Shown here: positions 49,540-63,109 of the stretch, piece after piece
How the letters are laid out: each line of letters opens with the position of its first letter
How positions within the stretch are numbered: position 1 is the stretch's first letter
DNA from: Octopus sinensis
Lineage: Eukaryota
Direction of reading: 5' to 3'
Assembly (NCBI RefSeq): GCF_006345805.1
Contig: NC_042999.1
Span: 156,860,001-156,924,000, forward strand
Length of the DNA: 64,000 nt
The notes under the pieces: generated by a model
What the model saw: only the letters and a program-made list of their open reading frames with translations
Told to the model about the DNA's origin: nothing
Database searches by the model: none
Translations under genes and position numbers: made by a program

Positions 49540-49585
49540 AATAAATATGGCCCCAGCAAATTTTCTTGCTTTCCTCAATGGACAG
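49540..49585 (+). CDS. Candidate host exon E (INMAPANFLAFLNGQ, or NKYGPSKFSCFPQWT)
   Basis: ctctgacttcag acceptor and CAG|GTAAAC donor; two open frames. Confidence 0.3.
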
Positions 49586-49754
49586 GTAAACACTTTTTTT
49601 GTCATTCTTGCTTTCCTTTGAAGCAATTACTCATGTAAATTATACTGTGACATTGTTTGAGATACTATTATTCTCTGTGGTATGATTCATTTAAGAAGGT
49701 GAAAATATTTAATAGTTAAAATATCTAATCTGAGGAAACTTTAATTTTTTTACT

Positions 49755-49773
49755 CTCTGCCTCTCTGTCTCTA

Positions 49774-49845
<72 letters not shown>
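49755..49845. repeat. (CT)n microsatellite
   Basis: Direct reading. Confidence 0.95.
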
Positions 49846-49846
<1 letters not shown>

Positions 49847-50442
49847 ATATATAAAACATTGATTTATTTGAAGCAGTGAAAAAGTAAGACATTTGTTCTC
49901 TTTTCTAATACTGATAAAGAAAACAAAGAATTTTATGTGCAACATTACATGTATCCAATAAAGTTGGCTGTCTAGATGTAATTAATGAAGCAGCGGATCA
50001 TAGTTCACTAGCTTAATACAAGTTCTTGCGTGTGTGAGTATGTATTTATGTCAGTGTGTGTGTATACGAAAACATTTCACAGCGCTCACCTCTTCCTTCA
50101 GCCTATACTTTATTGTCTCACTCCCACTTTTGACTCAGTATATTATATCCTTCTATTGTTAAACATGATAGAACCAACAAACAAAAACTGACAAGGCCTT
50201 TTGTAGACAAAGCTTATACAAAGCTGCACATTTAAGAGAACAGAAAATGGTTTTGTGTGACATTCTCAAAAGAGTTACTGGCATATAGCTGCAACTAAAA
50301 GTCAGTGTCTCCTCAATGGTAGTTTCTTGGTGTAAAGGAGGACTGTCCACCAGGTTTAACTTCTGTAGATGGACATGGGATTACATAGGCCAATGCAAGA
50401 TTCACAAGACCAGTCACAAATCAGGCTTTTCTTGTTTCATAG

Positions 50443-50486
50443 AAGTGTTGGTTATTTCATAATGCTTTCTGCTCTCCCATTTATTG
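50443..50486 (+). CDS. Candidate host exon F (KCWLFHNAFCSPIY, or SVGYFIMLSALPFI)
   Basis: ttttcttgtttcatag acceptor and TTG|GTAAGA donor. Confidence 0.35.
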
Positions 50487-50539
50487 GTAAGATTCAGGAC
50501 ATGCTGTGTGAATATATTGGGTTGTATTATAGTGGATCT

Positions 50540-50880
50540 CAGGGACCCCCTTCGGTCACGACACTGACCATGGGATTGCAACTAGAAAGTTACCCTCCTA
50601 GTCACAAGTCTGGGCAAGGTGGTTTATGGAAGACCAGCAGTCGCCCATGCATACTGGCCTCCCCTCTCCATGTCACTGATGTTGTCCAGGGGAAAGGCAA
50701 AGGGGCCGATACAGCTTGGCACCTGTGACATCGCAACTCATTTCTACAGCTGAGTGAACTGGAGCAATGGGAAATAAAGTGTCTTCCTCAAGAACACAAC
50801 GCGCAGCCCGGTCCGAGATTCGAGCTCACAACCTCACGATCGTAAGCTCGACGCTCTAACCACTGAGCCATGCGCCTTCA
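50540..50880 (-). mobile_element. tRNA-derived SINE family E
   Basis: Head GAAGGCGCATGGCTCAGTGGTTAGAGC; TSD-like atag(t/c)ggatct at 50529 and 50880. Confidence 0.85.
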
Positions 50881-52339
50881 TAGCGGATCTATTCTAGTTA
50901 AATTGGTTATTTATCAATGATTCCCACTTGTACACAGTGAATCCATACTTTTTCATATTTCCTTTAAGCATGTTTGATTTGCTTCTATTGTCCTCTCAGT
51001 GTACACTTGTCTTTCATTCAGCTGGGAACCATACAATAGTCTGGGAAATCAGTAGACTGCCATTTGTATGACATAGCCAGCCTGTTGAAGCTGATGTCAT
51101 GTAATCATAGTTTTAGGGAAGGAGGTTTGATGCATCTATCACCATCTGCAATCACCATCTTTGAAGTTGTATGATTCACTTCTGCCTATTTAAATGGAGT
51201 TTGAATTTCCCTGTACCTCTAGCATGGGAAACACAAAAGATTGTTAGTACTTTCCAGAGTACTGCTTTGAGTAACTAGGTGGAGGTCAGGGAAGGAGGGA
51301 TTTAATGTCTTTTTCACAAGCTGATTCTGAGGAATGTCATATACCCATTCAATCAGTGACAAGACCTGCTATGGCTAATGCCTTCTCCACAGGGCTCTTT
51401 AGATTGTCACTAAGTACGCTTTTGTATTTCACTTAGCAGTTCTGCTTTCATCCAACAATTTTGCTTTACATCCACCAATACATTAAGAAACTAGCAAACG
51501 CACCTGTCCTTTGGGCGGTTTAAGTTGCTTTCATGGTATTTTTTTCACCAAATAATTGAACTACCGAGATTTATGTGTAGCATGGCAATCTGTTTCCAAT
51601 TAACCTAGGAACAGAAAATCAAATTGAAGGCTGGTTATAGTGGAGATTGTTGCACTTTGATTATCATAGAACATATAAGTTTGCAAGCAATGCAAAGTAG
51701 AGCTATTGAAGTGTTTTGGGAGTAGATTACAGATAATGACTACAAAATATAGTTGTTTTACATGAAAGTGAAATTTCTCGTCAGAAACAGCCACATAAAT
51801 GGTGTAAGGAAATTGAAGGAAGATGTTGAAACTTCCCCTCTGCGAGTTTATTTTTTTTAACAGCAAAGGGAACTATTTTTTTCGAAGAGAAAAGCTAACA
51901 AAAGCCCCTTAATTCTATCTTCCCACATAGCGTGCTCATAAACTAACAGTGAATGCTGGGTAAAGTTAAATTGGTATGGAGTTTCCTGAAAGATACGAAT
52001 AGCTTTCACTAGTGGAAGCAAAACTCTTATTTAAAGGTTGATTCTTTGGGACAAATCAAATGTGAGCATTTTAAAAAGGCTAGAATGACAATGCTAAAAC
52101 CTATTTGAAACAATGGACAGCAGTCGAAATATCATAATGGCTGGGTAAAGAAACATCCTTAAAGTGAAACAACGGTATCAAAGGTAAAAAAAAAGGTATC
52201 AGTAATCAGAAGAGAGGGAAGGGAACATCACATCTCAAGTAACTCAGAATAGGTAAAGGTAAGCTTGCCAAAGTTTAATGCAGTTTCAATATGTAGAATA
52301 AGATAGTTTGGTATTGGATATTCATCATGTATAGTTTTC

Positions 52340-52789
52340 CTAGTCAACTGAATCACTGTCGTAAGTGGACAGCAGAAATAAATATATGAAATCCTTTCAC
52401 TTTTATAAAAACGTTAAAAAGAAAATGAGAGCAAAAAGCACTCATTTTTTCACAATGAAAAATCGTTTCCAAGTAGCCAGAATTTTGCGACAAAATGTAT
52501 GTTTATTAAGCACAACAGCCTGCAGTGCATGCCGCTGGGTATTAAAAACCAATTGCACAAACCTAGAGGGGCTCTGGGCCCCCTTGAATCGATACAAAAT
52601 CACTCTTTTTGTCATAGTAACCACATCTTTATAGCTTGTGAATTTTAACCATCGTGGGTCTCATCCTCACCACGCATTTAGTATCCCTGCCAATTTTCAG
52701 CTCAATCCTAGCCTTGGTTTGGTTGCCATTAACCGTCAAAGCAAAATGTGCATACAGTTTTCGTCCAAGGACTGTTTTATAGATATAGA
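52340..52789 (-). mobile_element. Non-autonomous Helitron-like element
   Basis: Minus 5' TCTATATCTATAAA; 3' hairpin ctgtc-cacttac-gacag about 12 nt before CTAG. Confidence 0.55.
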
Positions 52790-53696
52790 CTACAAAATTT
52801 CTTTCAAACAATTGTAAGGTAATCAAGGTAATTTACCTTTTCAAAAAAAAAATGTTATGAAAGACCCTTCCTCCAGTAATATAAATTAACTAAAGAGTTA
52901 AAAATGAAATGACAGAAAATAACACCTATAACATCTGACTCTGAATCCTAAATGCAATTAAATGAATAATTAGAACACTGTAACAAAAAAAAAATGCAAC
53001 TCCTTGTTTTATTGATATGAGTTACCATAATGCTACTATTGTAAAAAAGACAAAAGGTCCCAAGAAAAAGAGGATAAACAGTACAAAACAAGTGCACTTT
53101 GAAAGGTAATGATCAGAGGATACCACCCAGACATTTTTAAGTATATACGAAATATGTGATATATAAACATAAAAAATTATATATCCCACCACCATCACAT
53201 CCCCAAAATAAAGAAAAAAAAACCCAGACTATTTACTTAGTGGAGACAAAGTCACTTGCACTTCGGTGAAATAGGATAGTTTTCATTTAACCTGAACATA
53301 AATGTGCTACAGGTTTATATTCTCCTCCATCATTCAACTTGAGACGGTTGACATTTCTTTTCTCACTGGTGGAAATTTTAGTAGGAAGTGTTAGATTTCT
53401 CTTCTGTTTTTTTGGTATGGAAAGTATTTCATAGTTTGAATTATTTCAATTAATTTGTACCAAAGGTAAATAATTCTGATTTTCTTAGCTTCTAGTGTTT
53501 TTCTACAGAAAAAGGTAATGAGGGTTTCATTGGAGAGGAGAATATGAATGCTTAACCCTTTTGGTCATATCTATATTTACTATAACTTTTAACCTAGCTA
53601 CCTAATCATCTCTAAGTATTTTGCAAAATAAAGAAAGCAGATGTTCTAAGTATTCCTAGGTACAAAACACTGCAACCAAGTGGTTGTACTCTGTTA

Positions 53697-54070
53697 AATC
53701 ATCATCATCATCATCATTGTTTAACGTCCGTTTTCCATGCTAGCATGGGTTGGACGGTTCGACTGGGATCTGTGAAGCCAGAAGGCTGCACCAGGCTCCA
53801 GTCTGATCTGGCAGTGTTTCTACAGCTGGATGCCCTTCCTAACGCCAACCAATCCATGAGTGTAGTGGGTGCCATTTACGTGCCACCAGCACAGGTGCCA
53901 GGCAAGGCTGGCAATGGCCAGGATCAGATTGGTGCTTTTTTCGTGCCACCAGCATGGAAGCCAGTCAAGGCGGTGCTGGCATCAGCCACATTTGGATGGT
54001 GCTTTTTACGTGCCACCGGCAGAGAAGCCAGTCGAGGTGGCACTGGCATCGGCCACGTACGAATGGTTAA
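53697..54070 (-). mobile_element. RTE 3' UTR fragment
   Basis: (CAT)n followed by the RTE terminal sequence in reverse. Confidence 0.88.
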
Positions 54071-54321
54071 ATGATATAGTTATTTAATACACCATTATCT
54101 CTTTAAAGTGTTACAGCCTTTCAACTCTTTTGAGGTCGACTTTGCTGTCTGATATCAATATTCAGTATAGTTAAATGCTTTTTACTTATATGTATTGATT
54201 AGAGCAGGGCTTCTCAGAAAAGTCCATATGGACATAGACTCCTAGTACTAAGGTGACACTCACTCACCTGCTGCACTCTTTCTACAATAATTAGTAAGCA
54301 AAACATCCTCTTTAGTACAAA

Positions 54322-54552
54322 GGCGGCGAGCTGGCAGAAACGTTAGCACGCCGGGCGAAATGCGTAGCCGTATTTCGTCTGCCGTTACGTTCTGAGTTCG
54401 AATTCCGCCGAGGTCGACTTTGCCTTTCATCCTTTCGGGGTCGATAAATTAAGTACTAGTTACGCACTAGGGTCGATGTAATCGACTTAATACCTTTGTC
54501 TGTCCTTGTTTGTCCCCTCTGTGTTTAGCCCCTTGTGGGTAGTAATGAAATA
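54322..54552 (+). mobile_element. tRNA-derived SINE family F
   Basis: GGCGGCGAGCTGGCAGAA A-box-like and GAGTTCGAATTCC B box, then gaggtcgactttgcctttcatcc body. Confidence 0.82.
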
Positions 54553-55114
54553 TCCTCTTTAATACTGTTGCTATGAAAAATACACCAAGTACACACTGTA
54601 AAGTGGTTGACAAATGAGAAGAGAAAGCATAGGGTTGCGAGGACCCTTTAGTCCTGTCTTGCCAAGGACTTTTTTTCAATCTCTCTAGTCTTTGGGCCAC
54701 AAGAAATTTCACCCAGTATAACCTGTAATTTACCTGAAATTTACCCTATTTCAGATATCATTGTTTTAAAATTGAAACTTATCAAATTACGAAATTAATT
54801 TGGAATCCAATAGAGAAAGAACATTGATTGCTAAACACCAAAAATTATCCAGATATACTCTTATGAAATACATCTACCAACATTATAAAGTTGCCAAGCC
54901 TACAGAAACAGCTATTAGACATTTAACACTATAGCTTCTCCCTTATATTTTGTATCTTGATACTCTGTGAAAGTTCGCTCTGTTAATATAGAAATATCTA
55001 AATATTTATACATGACTGTTCATCATCTGAAAATTTTCAGTCTTTGCTTTCTCTCTATTTACATATATACATGTATGTAAATTTTGTATATCTAACCCAA
55101 GTAGTTTTATTTGT

Positions 55115-55291
55115 ATATTTGAATAAGAAGGGGCTGAGGACTGATCCTTGGTGGAGGTGGACCCCTACCCCTACTCGTCACCAGCCCTCACCTTACTGAC
55201 AGCATCCCTGTACATGGCTTGTACAGCTCTCACTAACCATTTATTTATCCCTAGTTTCTTCATTGACCACCAGATAAGGGATTGGGGGACC
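55115..55291 (-). mobile_element. RTE RT internal fragment
   Basis: VPQSLIWWSMKKLGI..WLVRAVQAMYRDA, as at 33185-33350. Confidence 0.88.
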
Positions 55292-55633
55292 CATGTTTGT
55301 GTGTGTGTGTGCGTGTACATACATGTATATATGTATGTATACATATATACATATGAGTCTAGGTAAGTGGCGCTGTGAGCTGATCTAGGTGTATACACAC
55401 TATTTGTCAACAAGTGAGATAAATTCTCTATGACAAAACACAGTGAGTAGCTTGTTCCCAAATTCGAATGTGCATCAAGCATATTCAGACTGATAGTAAC
55501 ATTACAATATATCTATTTATATATGTATATTTATTTATATATGTATATGTATTTATTTACCCATGTATGTATATTGGATATATATATATGTGTGTGTGTA
55601 TAAATATGCTTGCTTTCTTTTGTATGTATATAT

Positions 55634-55675
<42 letters not shown>

Positions 55676-55679
55676 TTGC

Positions 55680-56030
55680 TTGCTCTTGCTTCAATGGGGC
55701 TGGGTGTCATTTCAAGTTACTGGTCACTGAGGTATCATTGTGCATAAAGCCAATCAGGTCCACCGGTGCTCTTCATTGGTGGAGGTCCCATGCCAGCCCC
55801 TCTGCATCCTCCAAGATGACTCTGAGCTTCTGGAGATCTTTCTCAATCATGAACACCCATATAGCATAGAACCTGCCCTGGGGCCTCTTCCAGCCTGAAG
55901 TTGCTGTGTCAAATGAAATTAAGGTAGGATGATTTGGAAAGAGGCAAAGGATATGCCAATACCAGCACATGCAGTGGATAGCTACAAGATGGGCAGCTGT
56001 CAGTTGGAAATGTGAGGATACCATCTGAAC
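55680..56030 (-). mobile_element. 3' end of a different RTE-type LINE
   Basis: WKRPQGR...W...IEKDL...LEDAEGLAWD..QW C-terminal motif. Confidence 0.7.
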
Positions 56031-56183
56031 TTCTTAATGGTTCCTAAGGCTTTGCAATCAAAGCTGTAGATCCTTATTTTCTTCTGTTTTGTTTTTTAAT
56101 ATTTCTTTATTTTTTATTGCAGATCTTTTAAGTTCAAATTTCTTAGTATTAAGCTAAAACATTCTGTTTTGTTTTTGTATTAT

Positions 56184-57900
56184 ACTGACAGTGATACCTG
56201 CCGTTGATTGGGTAATTACTTTTACTGTTTCTTGGGAGCCACATTCAAAGTATTATATGTACATAATTTGCTCCTCCTGTATATGTGTATTTTTATAAGA
56301 GAAAAATATATAATAATTGAAGTAGATAAAAGTCCAATTTCATACATGAACTTGTGTTTGTTTATTATATGACAATAATAAGTTTTATGTGTTATTTTAT
56401 TTATCAATACAGTAATGGTAATTACATAATATTTTTATAAGAGAAAAACTTGGCAATTATATAATACAGTTTATTTAAATAGATAATTTATTCATTCTTG
56501 AATGTAATGATAGTAATGGTAAATTAATTTATTGAAGTATTCATGTTGTATTAAGAGTGAATATTTCTTTATAAACAATGTTTTTTTGTTTTATTTCGGA
56601 ATGCACAAGCAAAAAGATTTGCTTTTGCTCTCACGCATGATGCTCCTATATAAAGTTGGCCATTTGAAAAGCATGGTTCTTCAAGTTGCCATCCAGCAAC
56701 TTTTAGTCTTTGGCCCTGATTTTTATTAATGCCCATAGCAAAAGAAACATGGATAGGAAATTATTACTGCTTAAATTGGAACGGGACATTATATGGTATA
56801 ACTGGTATGCAAGGAATGAGGACAGTGTCACCTTTACCACAACCAGTGAGAAAATTTACCTCAATGCAGTTCCTCATGAGTTAGTGCACAATTACTGTTG
56901 TACCATTGCATAATTTTGGTTGAGACAAATTATGTAATTGCATAATAGGAGTCCATTTTTTCAGCTGAAGACAACGAGGTGCTTTTAGTGAGTTCAAAAA
57001 TTCGATGAGCTTGTTAACAATATCCTGATCATCAACAACCCTGTCAATTGAATTATAAGTGAATACTTCTCCTGGAAGCTTATTCAATAGCATATTATTA
57101 ATGCTATGTACAGCAACATTTTTTGGAGTTAGGAAGCTTGCTCACAGATCCAATCTGTATTGTTGTAATTATGAAGAAGATTAGGAAAGATTTCATCCAC
57201 CAAATCATCGACAGAATCAGTTGAATTATATATTGGATTGAGTGTAAGAAACTGTTCCTCATCAATTGGAACTCAAACTCACCCTTCACTGAATTTCAAA
57301 TGCTGTTTTGCAAATAGTTCAGCTGGTTGACCCCTTATAATAATATAATAATTGAAGAAGAGAAAATATCAATTTCATATATGAACTTGTGTTTGTTTAT
57401 TATATGATAATAATAAATGAGTTGTATGTGTTATTTTATTTATCAATACAGCAATGGCAATTATATAATACACATAATTTAAATAGGTAATTTGCCAAAT
57501 TGAGTGTGATAAAAAAAATTGTTTGGATGCTTTCATGTGTATTTCCCTTTCTTCATGCATGGTGATTGAGGGTTTTGAGCACCACAAGGCCCATGAACCA
57601 TATGAGATACCACGATGTCACAAAGTGTCTGATCAATAGCAGGATCAGGAATTTCAGCCAAAATTATAGAATCGGTTTGATTTTAGTCTATTTTTGTGCA
57701 AAGTAAAATATAGGTATGAGGTAATCCCCTTTTCTGTCATTCCAGTGAATACATGGAACAGCGAACTTCCCCAAAGATATATGACTTTGAAAAGAGGTGC
57801 ATCATCTTTAATTGTAAGTGAAAAACCTGTCTATATGTGCTTGTTGATCTCCTATCATATCTCTCTCCAATCACCCATGCTTTTCACTTTGTAAATAGGC
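56184..57900 (-). mobile_element. Helitron RepHel deletion derivative (Rep HUH piece plus PIF1 helicase C-terminus)
   Basis: QKRGLPHTYIL and AEIPDP...HMVHGPCG (Rep, 57880-57520); EFLNSL, KLCNGT, FAMGINKNQGQ, FSNGQLY (PIF1, 57330-56540); decayed 3' hairpin near 56190-56215. Confidence 0.9.
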
Positions 57901-58169
57901 TGTTGAGCAAGCAGATGTAGGGTTAATTTAAAATGTACTGAAGGTATGGTTACCTCTATACTGCTGGTATCATGAGTACTGCATCATGCATCCAGGACAC
58001 ACTGTAAAGTGTTAAGTTTGTGAGACTCTTTAGACTTGCTGGGGACATGACATCTCTAGTGCTGGTGCAACAAAAGAGCAAAACAAAACACCCAGTTCAC
58101 TCTGTAAAGTGGTTGATGTTAGGAAGGGCATCAGCCATTGTAAGTGTGTGTGTATATGTACTTGTAGGA

Positions 58170-58515
58170 TCTCTCTTTTATTTGTACAATCAGTAGACTG
58201 TAGCCATACTGAGGCACCGCCATAAAGAATTTAAGTCAAACGAATCAACCCCATGACTTATTATTATTTTGTAAACCCTAGTACTTATTCTATTGTTCTC
58301 TTTTGCTGGACTGCTAAGTTATGAGGATGTAAACACACTAACACTGGTTGTCAAGCAGTGGTGGGAGACAAACACATACACAAATCCATACACAAGGCTT
58401 TGGTCAGCCTGAGGCTGTAGCCGAAGATACTTGCTCAAGGTGCAGTGCAGTGAGATTGAACTCAGAACCATATGGTTAGGAAGCAAGCTTCTTACCATAC
58501 AACCACATTTGCACC
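58170..58515 (-). mobile_element. SINE family A, diverged
   Basis: Colinear with other copies. Confidence 0.85.
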
Positions 58516-59021
58516 TATAACTTATTAAAACTTATCCCATTCAAGCTAGCAGTTTATTTATTTATCTGTATTCATAGGAAAATGAAAGGAGTAACAAGTA
58601 AAGCTTTATATCTGAAATAACAGCCAGTGTTATAAGTGACCCATGACATCAAGTACCAGGTCTCTGAAGAGTTTTCTTTCAGAAATTCATAGGAAAGAAA
58701 ATGGAGGTGGGTAGGTTGAACTTAATTGTTTTGTTTAGAATTGCAATCTTGTGGCAAATGTCTTACAATAAGTATTTGCAGAACCTTTGACCATCTCTAA
58801 ACTATAACATTCATTGCAGAGATGTTCATGTAATTATTGAACATTTTTTCATTTGTTGGCCTCCAAACATTTTGAAGATACCATATTGTTTTTGAAGGTA
58901 CCATACTGTTTTTGTCAATTGTCTTTCGATTAACAAAATAATATGGACTCAACTTTTAAATGTACTTTGTACTACTATTATTACAATCTATTCTTCTAAA
59001 AAAAAATATTTTTATATATAA

Positions 59022-59412
59022 CTAGCAGTATTGCCCGGCATTGCTCAGGTTTGTTTCGACCCTTTAGAATTGGAATTTTTGAAAAGTAAAAATTTTGCAT
59101 TATGTAGCTTGTTATTCTCTTTAAGTGAACATTTTTCTGGTTAAAATACACCAAAAAAATGGTGACAGAGTAGTCAGAAAATCGTAAAAAATAGGGATTT
59201 TCATAGAAAAAAAGCACATTTTTTATGTAAATAATTTTTGGTCTTAACATGGTCCGATTTGAATTTTCTTTTCTACAGAATGAAGAGCAAGCCTTCTTCT
59301 ATCATACTCTCAATTTTGGTCAACTTTCGCCACAGGGTCTCGGAGGAGATAGTGTTAGTTGAAGGCTACCAAACCTGCCACACACAGACAACTTCAGCTT
59401 TATATATAAAGA
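59022..59412 (-). mobile_element. Non-autonomous Helitron
   Basis: Minus 5' TC at 59412-59411; 3' hairpin cctgagcaatgccggg then CTAG ending 59022; inserted between A and T. Confidence 0.85.
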
Positions 59413-59874
59413 TTTTGTGAAAAAATATTGCTAATGAATTACATTTTCCATTGCAGCACATTTCTATTGGATTTCATTGTTGTTCTTCAGCCCTAGGTCA
59501 TCCCTGGTCGAGCACACCTATGGCAATATTTCACTATAATCATCCTATCTTTTATTTATGGTGTATTTAAGATGATAGGACATGTGAGATTGTGGCTTTT
59601 ATTCCTGAACTAGGTGGTGTGTTGTATTCTTGAGCAAAACACTTGATTTCACATTATTCCATGATCAATTCAACATCTGATGTGTAGCATTCTGTTTAGC
59701 TGAATTGGCAATATTGATTTAATGGAGAGCATGTGCTAATGTATAGCACAAACATTTATTTGATCACTATAAATAAATCCTCTGGACAGGTTGTTCCACA
59801 AGAAATGGCAGAACCCTCGTCTATCGTCTATGACAGGAGAGCCCAAGATTTAAGGTGACAATATATGACTTGGT

Positions 59875-60178
59875 GGAGGCGCAATGGCCCAGTGGTTAGG
59901 GCAGCGGTCATAGGATCACGGTTTCAATTCCCAGACCGGACGTTGTGAGTGTTTATTGAGTGAAAACACCTAAAGCTCCATGAGGCTCTGGCAGGGGGTG
60001 GTGGCGAACCCTGCTGTACTCTTTCACCACAACTTTCTCTCACTCTTTCCTCTGGTGGCCTGCTCGCTTAGCCAGTGGGGTTGTGTCATTTGAAGGCTAA
60101 AACAATGTGAAGCGCATTGTGACCAGTGATGTGTAGCAACATCTGATAGCCTGGTCAGTCACGGTGATCACGGTGATA
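59875..60178 (+). mobile_element. SINE family C
   Basis: As 40885-41162. Confidence 0.88.
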
Positions 60179-60687
60179 TATGATTTGAGAGAAATTTTGA
60201 CTGTTATTTCTAGCATCTCATGTGACTACATAAAGACTCAGTTATTTTCATTTTCTCTTTAGTTCACTACTATATGTCCCATCCTAAGTAAAAAGAATGT
60301 CGTTGTCAAAAAATTTTTTAAAAAACAATCAGGTTTTTGTAATAACTGACTTCAATAGTTTATGAGATACCAGAACAAAGATTGAAACAATCAATCAAAC
60401 CAGTAAAGTAAACAGACATTTAATTATTTGGTAATTGGATATGTTGAATGTAGGGAATGTTGATTGCTGTTCAGAATAATAATGACAAAAATATGAAGTA
60501 GAACTGTCTGTCTTTATAAAGAAAAGTGAAATCAAAGGGATTGAAGAGAGTAATCAAAAACAGATCAAATATTGGTTTCAAATTTTGGCACAAACCCAGT
60601 GCTTACTTACTTCAGGTCAAATATGATCAAGCATATTTTGATAAAAAATATTCATGTTATATCCTTCTTGTCACTTATTTCAAACAC

Positions 60688-60900
60688 AGTGTGTGTGTGT
60701 GTGTGGTGTGTGTGTGTCTGTGTCTGTGTCTGTGTATTTGTGTGTGTGTGTGTCTGTGTGTGTGTGTCTGTGTGTGTCTGTGTGTGTGTGTGTGTGTGCC
60801 TGTGTGTGTGTCTCTATGTGTGTATGTTTGTGTGTCTCTGTGTGTGTCTGTGTGTGTGTGTCTGTGTGTGTGTCTGTGTGTATGTGTGTGTATGTGCGTA
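60688..60900. repeat. Interrupted (TG)n microsatellite
   Basis: Direct reading. Confidence 0.95.
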
Positions 60901-61213
60901 TAGGGTTATATTATAATTTGAGGGAGATCTGCATGCTATTTTTGGCAGTTAAAGTGACCATATATAGGCTTCTCCATCTACATGTTTATTGTGTTGTTTT
61001 CATTGGTGTGGAGGGTTGATAGGTGATGACATATACTTAGTAAGTAGCAAACCAATGGTGCTATCTAATCAACACTAATGAATGAATCAACCATCCAATG
61101 TTCATGGATTTACTTTAGAATTTATTCAAATAATAAGACTGAGTTAAACTCGTTGATACATTATGTTATATCTTCTACATATTGGGACCTCTTATGGAAA
61201 TGACAAGTGCACC

Positions 61214-61700
61214 ATCATCATCATCATCATCATCATCATTTAGTGTCCCCTTTCCATGCTAGCATGGGTTGGATGGTTCAACTGGGGTCTGTGAAGCCAG
61301 AAGGCTGCATCAGGCCCAGTCTGATCTGGCATTTTTTCTATGGCTGGATGCCCTTCCTAACGCCAACCACTCCATGAGTGTAGTGGATGCTTTTTACGTG
61401 CCACCCGCACAGGTGCCAGATGGAGCTGGCAAACGGCCACGGACGGATGGTGCTTTTTACGTGCCACCGGCACGGGGGCCAGGCGAGGCTGGCAACGGCC
61501 ACGATCGGATGGTGCTTTTTATGTGCCACCAGCACGGAGGCCAGTTGGCGTGGCGCTGGCAACGGCCATAATCGGATGGTTCGCTTACTTGTCACCGGCA
61601 CTGGTATCACAGCTGCAATTTCCATTGATGTTGATCGACTTCGATTTTGGTTCTGCTTTCTGATATCTGATTTGATTTGGTTTGATTTTGATTTGTAATA
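61214..61700 (-). mobile_element. RTE 3' UTR fragment with expanded internal repeats
   Basis: (CAT)n; repeated ggtgctttttacgtgccacc units. Confidence 0.88.
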
Positions 61701-61989
61701 AATAATACTTGTAATAAATAAGAAAACGGTAAAGTCCCAAAGTTAGTTAACAATGAGATAAAATCAGTGAAGGGATATTGGGATCTGGCACAGGATTATG
61801 AATTGAAACAGAAGAAAATATACAGATGAAAATAATGCAAGGGGCAGAACCATGCCTTAGAAATAAAATGAACAGATGAAAATGAACATAGAATTATTCT
61901 GAAGCCTTCTTTCAATGGTTGACATATGAATATGATGAAAGGATTGATAATATTACAGGATGTGTGATTGAAAGATTATGCAAAAAATC

Positions 61990-62437
61990 AGCAGGAGTGG
62001 CTGTGTGGTAAGTAGCTTGCTTACCAACCACACAGTTCCGGGTTCAGTCCCACTGCATGGCACCTTGGGCAAGTGTCTTCTACTATAGCCTCTGGCCGAC
62101 CAAAGCCTTGTGAGTGGATTTGGTAGACAGAAACTGAAAGAAGCCTGTCGTATATATATATATATATGTGTGTATATATATGATGTATATATATATATGA
62201 TGTATATATATGTGTGTGTGTGTGTTTGTGTGTCTGTGTTTGTTTCCTCAACATCGCTTGACAACCGATGCTGGTGTGTTTACGTCCCCGTTACTTAGCG
62301 GTTCGGCAAAAGAGACCGATAGAATAAGTACTAGGCTTACAAAGAATAAGTCCTGGGGTCGATTTGCTCGACCAAAAGGCGGTGCTCCAGCATGGCCGCA
62401 GTCAAATGACTGAAACAAGCAAAAGAGAAAGAGAGAG
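61990..62437 (+). mobile_element. SINE family A
   Basis: As 19127-19610. Confidence 0.92.
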
Positions 62438-63109
62438 ACTTATGTAATTACAAATGTTCTAGCAGTTAAAGTGACCATATATAGTCTTCTCCATCAACAT
62501 ATTTATTTAGCATTAGAAAAGACATGATGGTACAAAATGCTTGACCAGGGTTTGAGAGGTACAGGTTGTGATTCTCTGAAGTGTCTTGCTGGCCACTTTT
62601 TTAAATTCATTTTTTAAGGGTATTTAGCTGATCTTCTAAGTTGTTTCCACAGCTTTCAAGATTACTTCAGATGAAAGAGCTCTATGAGAAGAATCTAATA
62701 GGGAAAAATCTTGCAAAAAATTATAAGCTATAAAAAATGTTGTGATAAAAAAAGGCAATCATTTTAAGAAATCAAAATATTTTTCTCTTTTTAAGAGGAA
62801 AATACTATTTGAATCCCAATAAAAGAGTTCATCAAGATGAATATTTTAGAGACAATCCTGTCTAAAAGCATTAAAAATTTATGATTCTTTGTGATGTTAT
62901 ATTAGTTTTTATTATTCTGTTTACATATTAATTATTAATTATTTAATTAGAATATAACATTAATTAAAAATAAAAACTGTTTAAAGGTATATTTATTTGT
63001 AACAGATATGCTGCAGTTAATCCTTTGTTACTTTCAGGTGCTTTCAACAATATTTGTATTTAAAAAAATATTGAGAAGAGTATCATTTTTTTTCAATTAT
63101 AACGGTAAC

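Noticed and set aside
61385-61580. CRISPR-like array of about 20-nt repeats (ggtgctttttacgtgccacc) with about 40-nt spacers
   Set aside because: Internal repeats of the RTE 3' UTR; spacers resemble each other; eukaryotic context and no cas genes.
62658-62696. GAAA-gagctc-TA with flanks that roughly pair
   Set aside because: No room for the core and stem II; at best an internally deleted relic and indistinguishable from chance.
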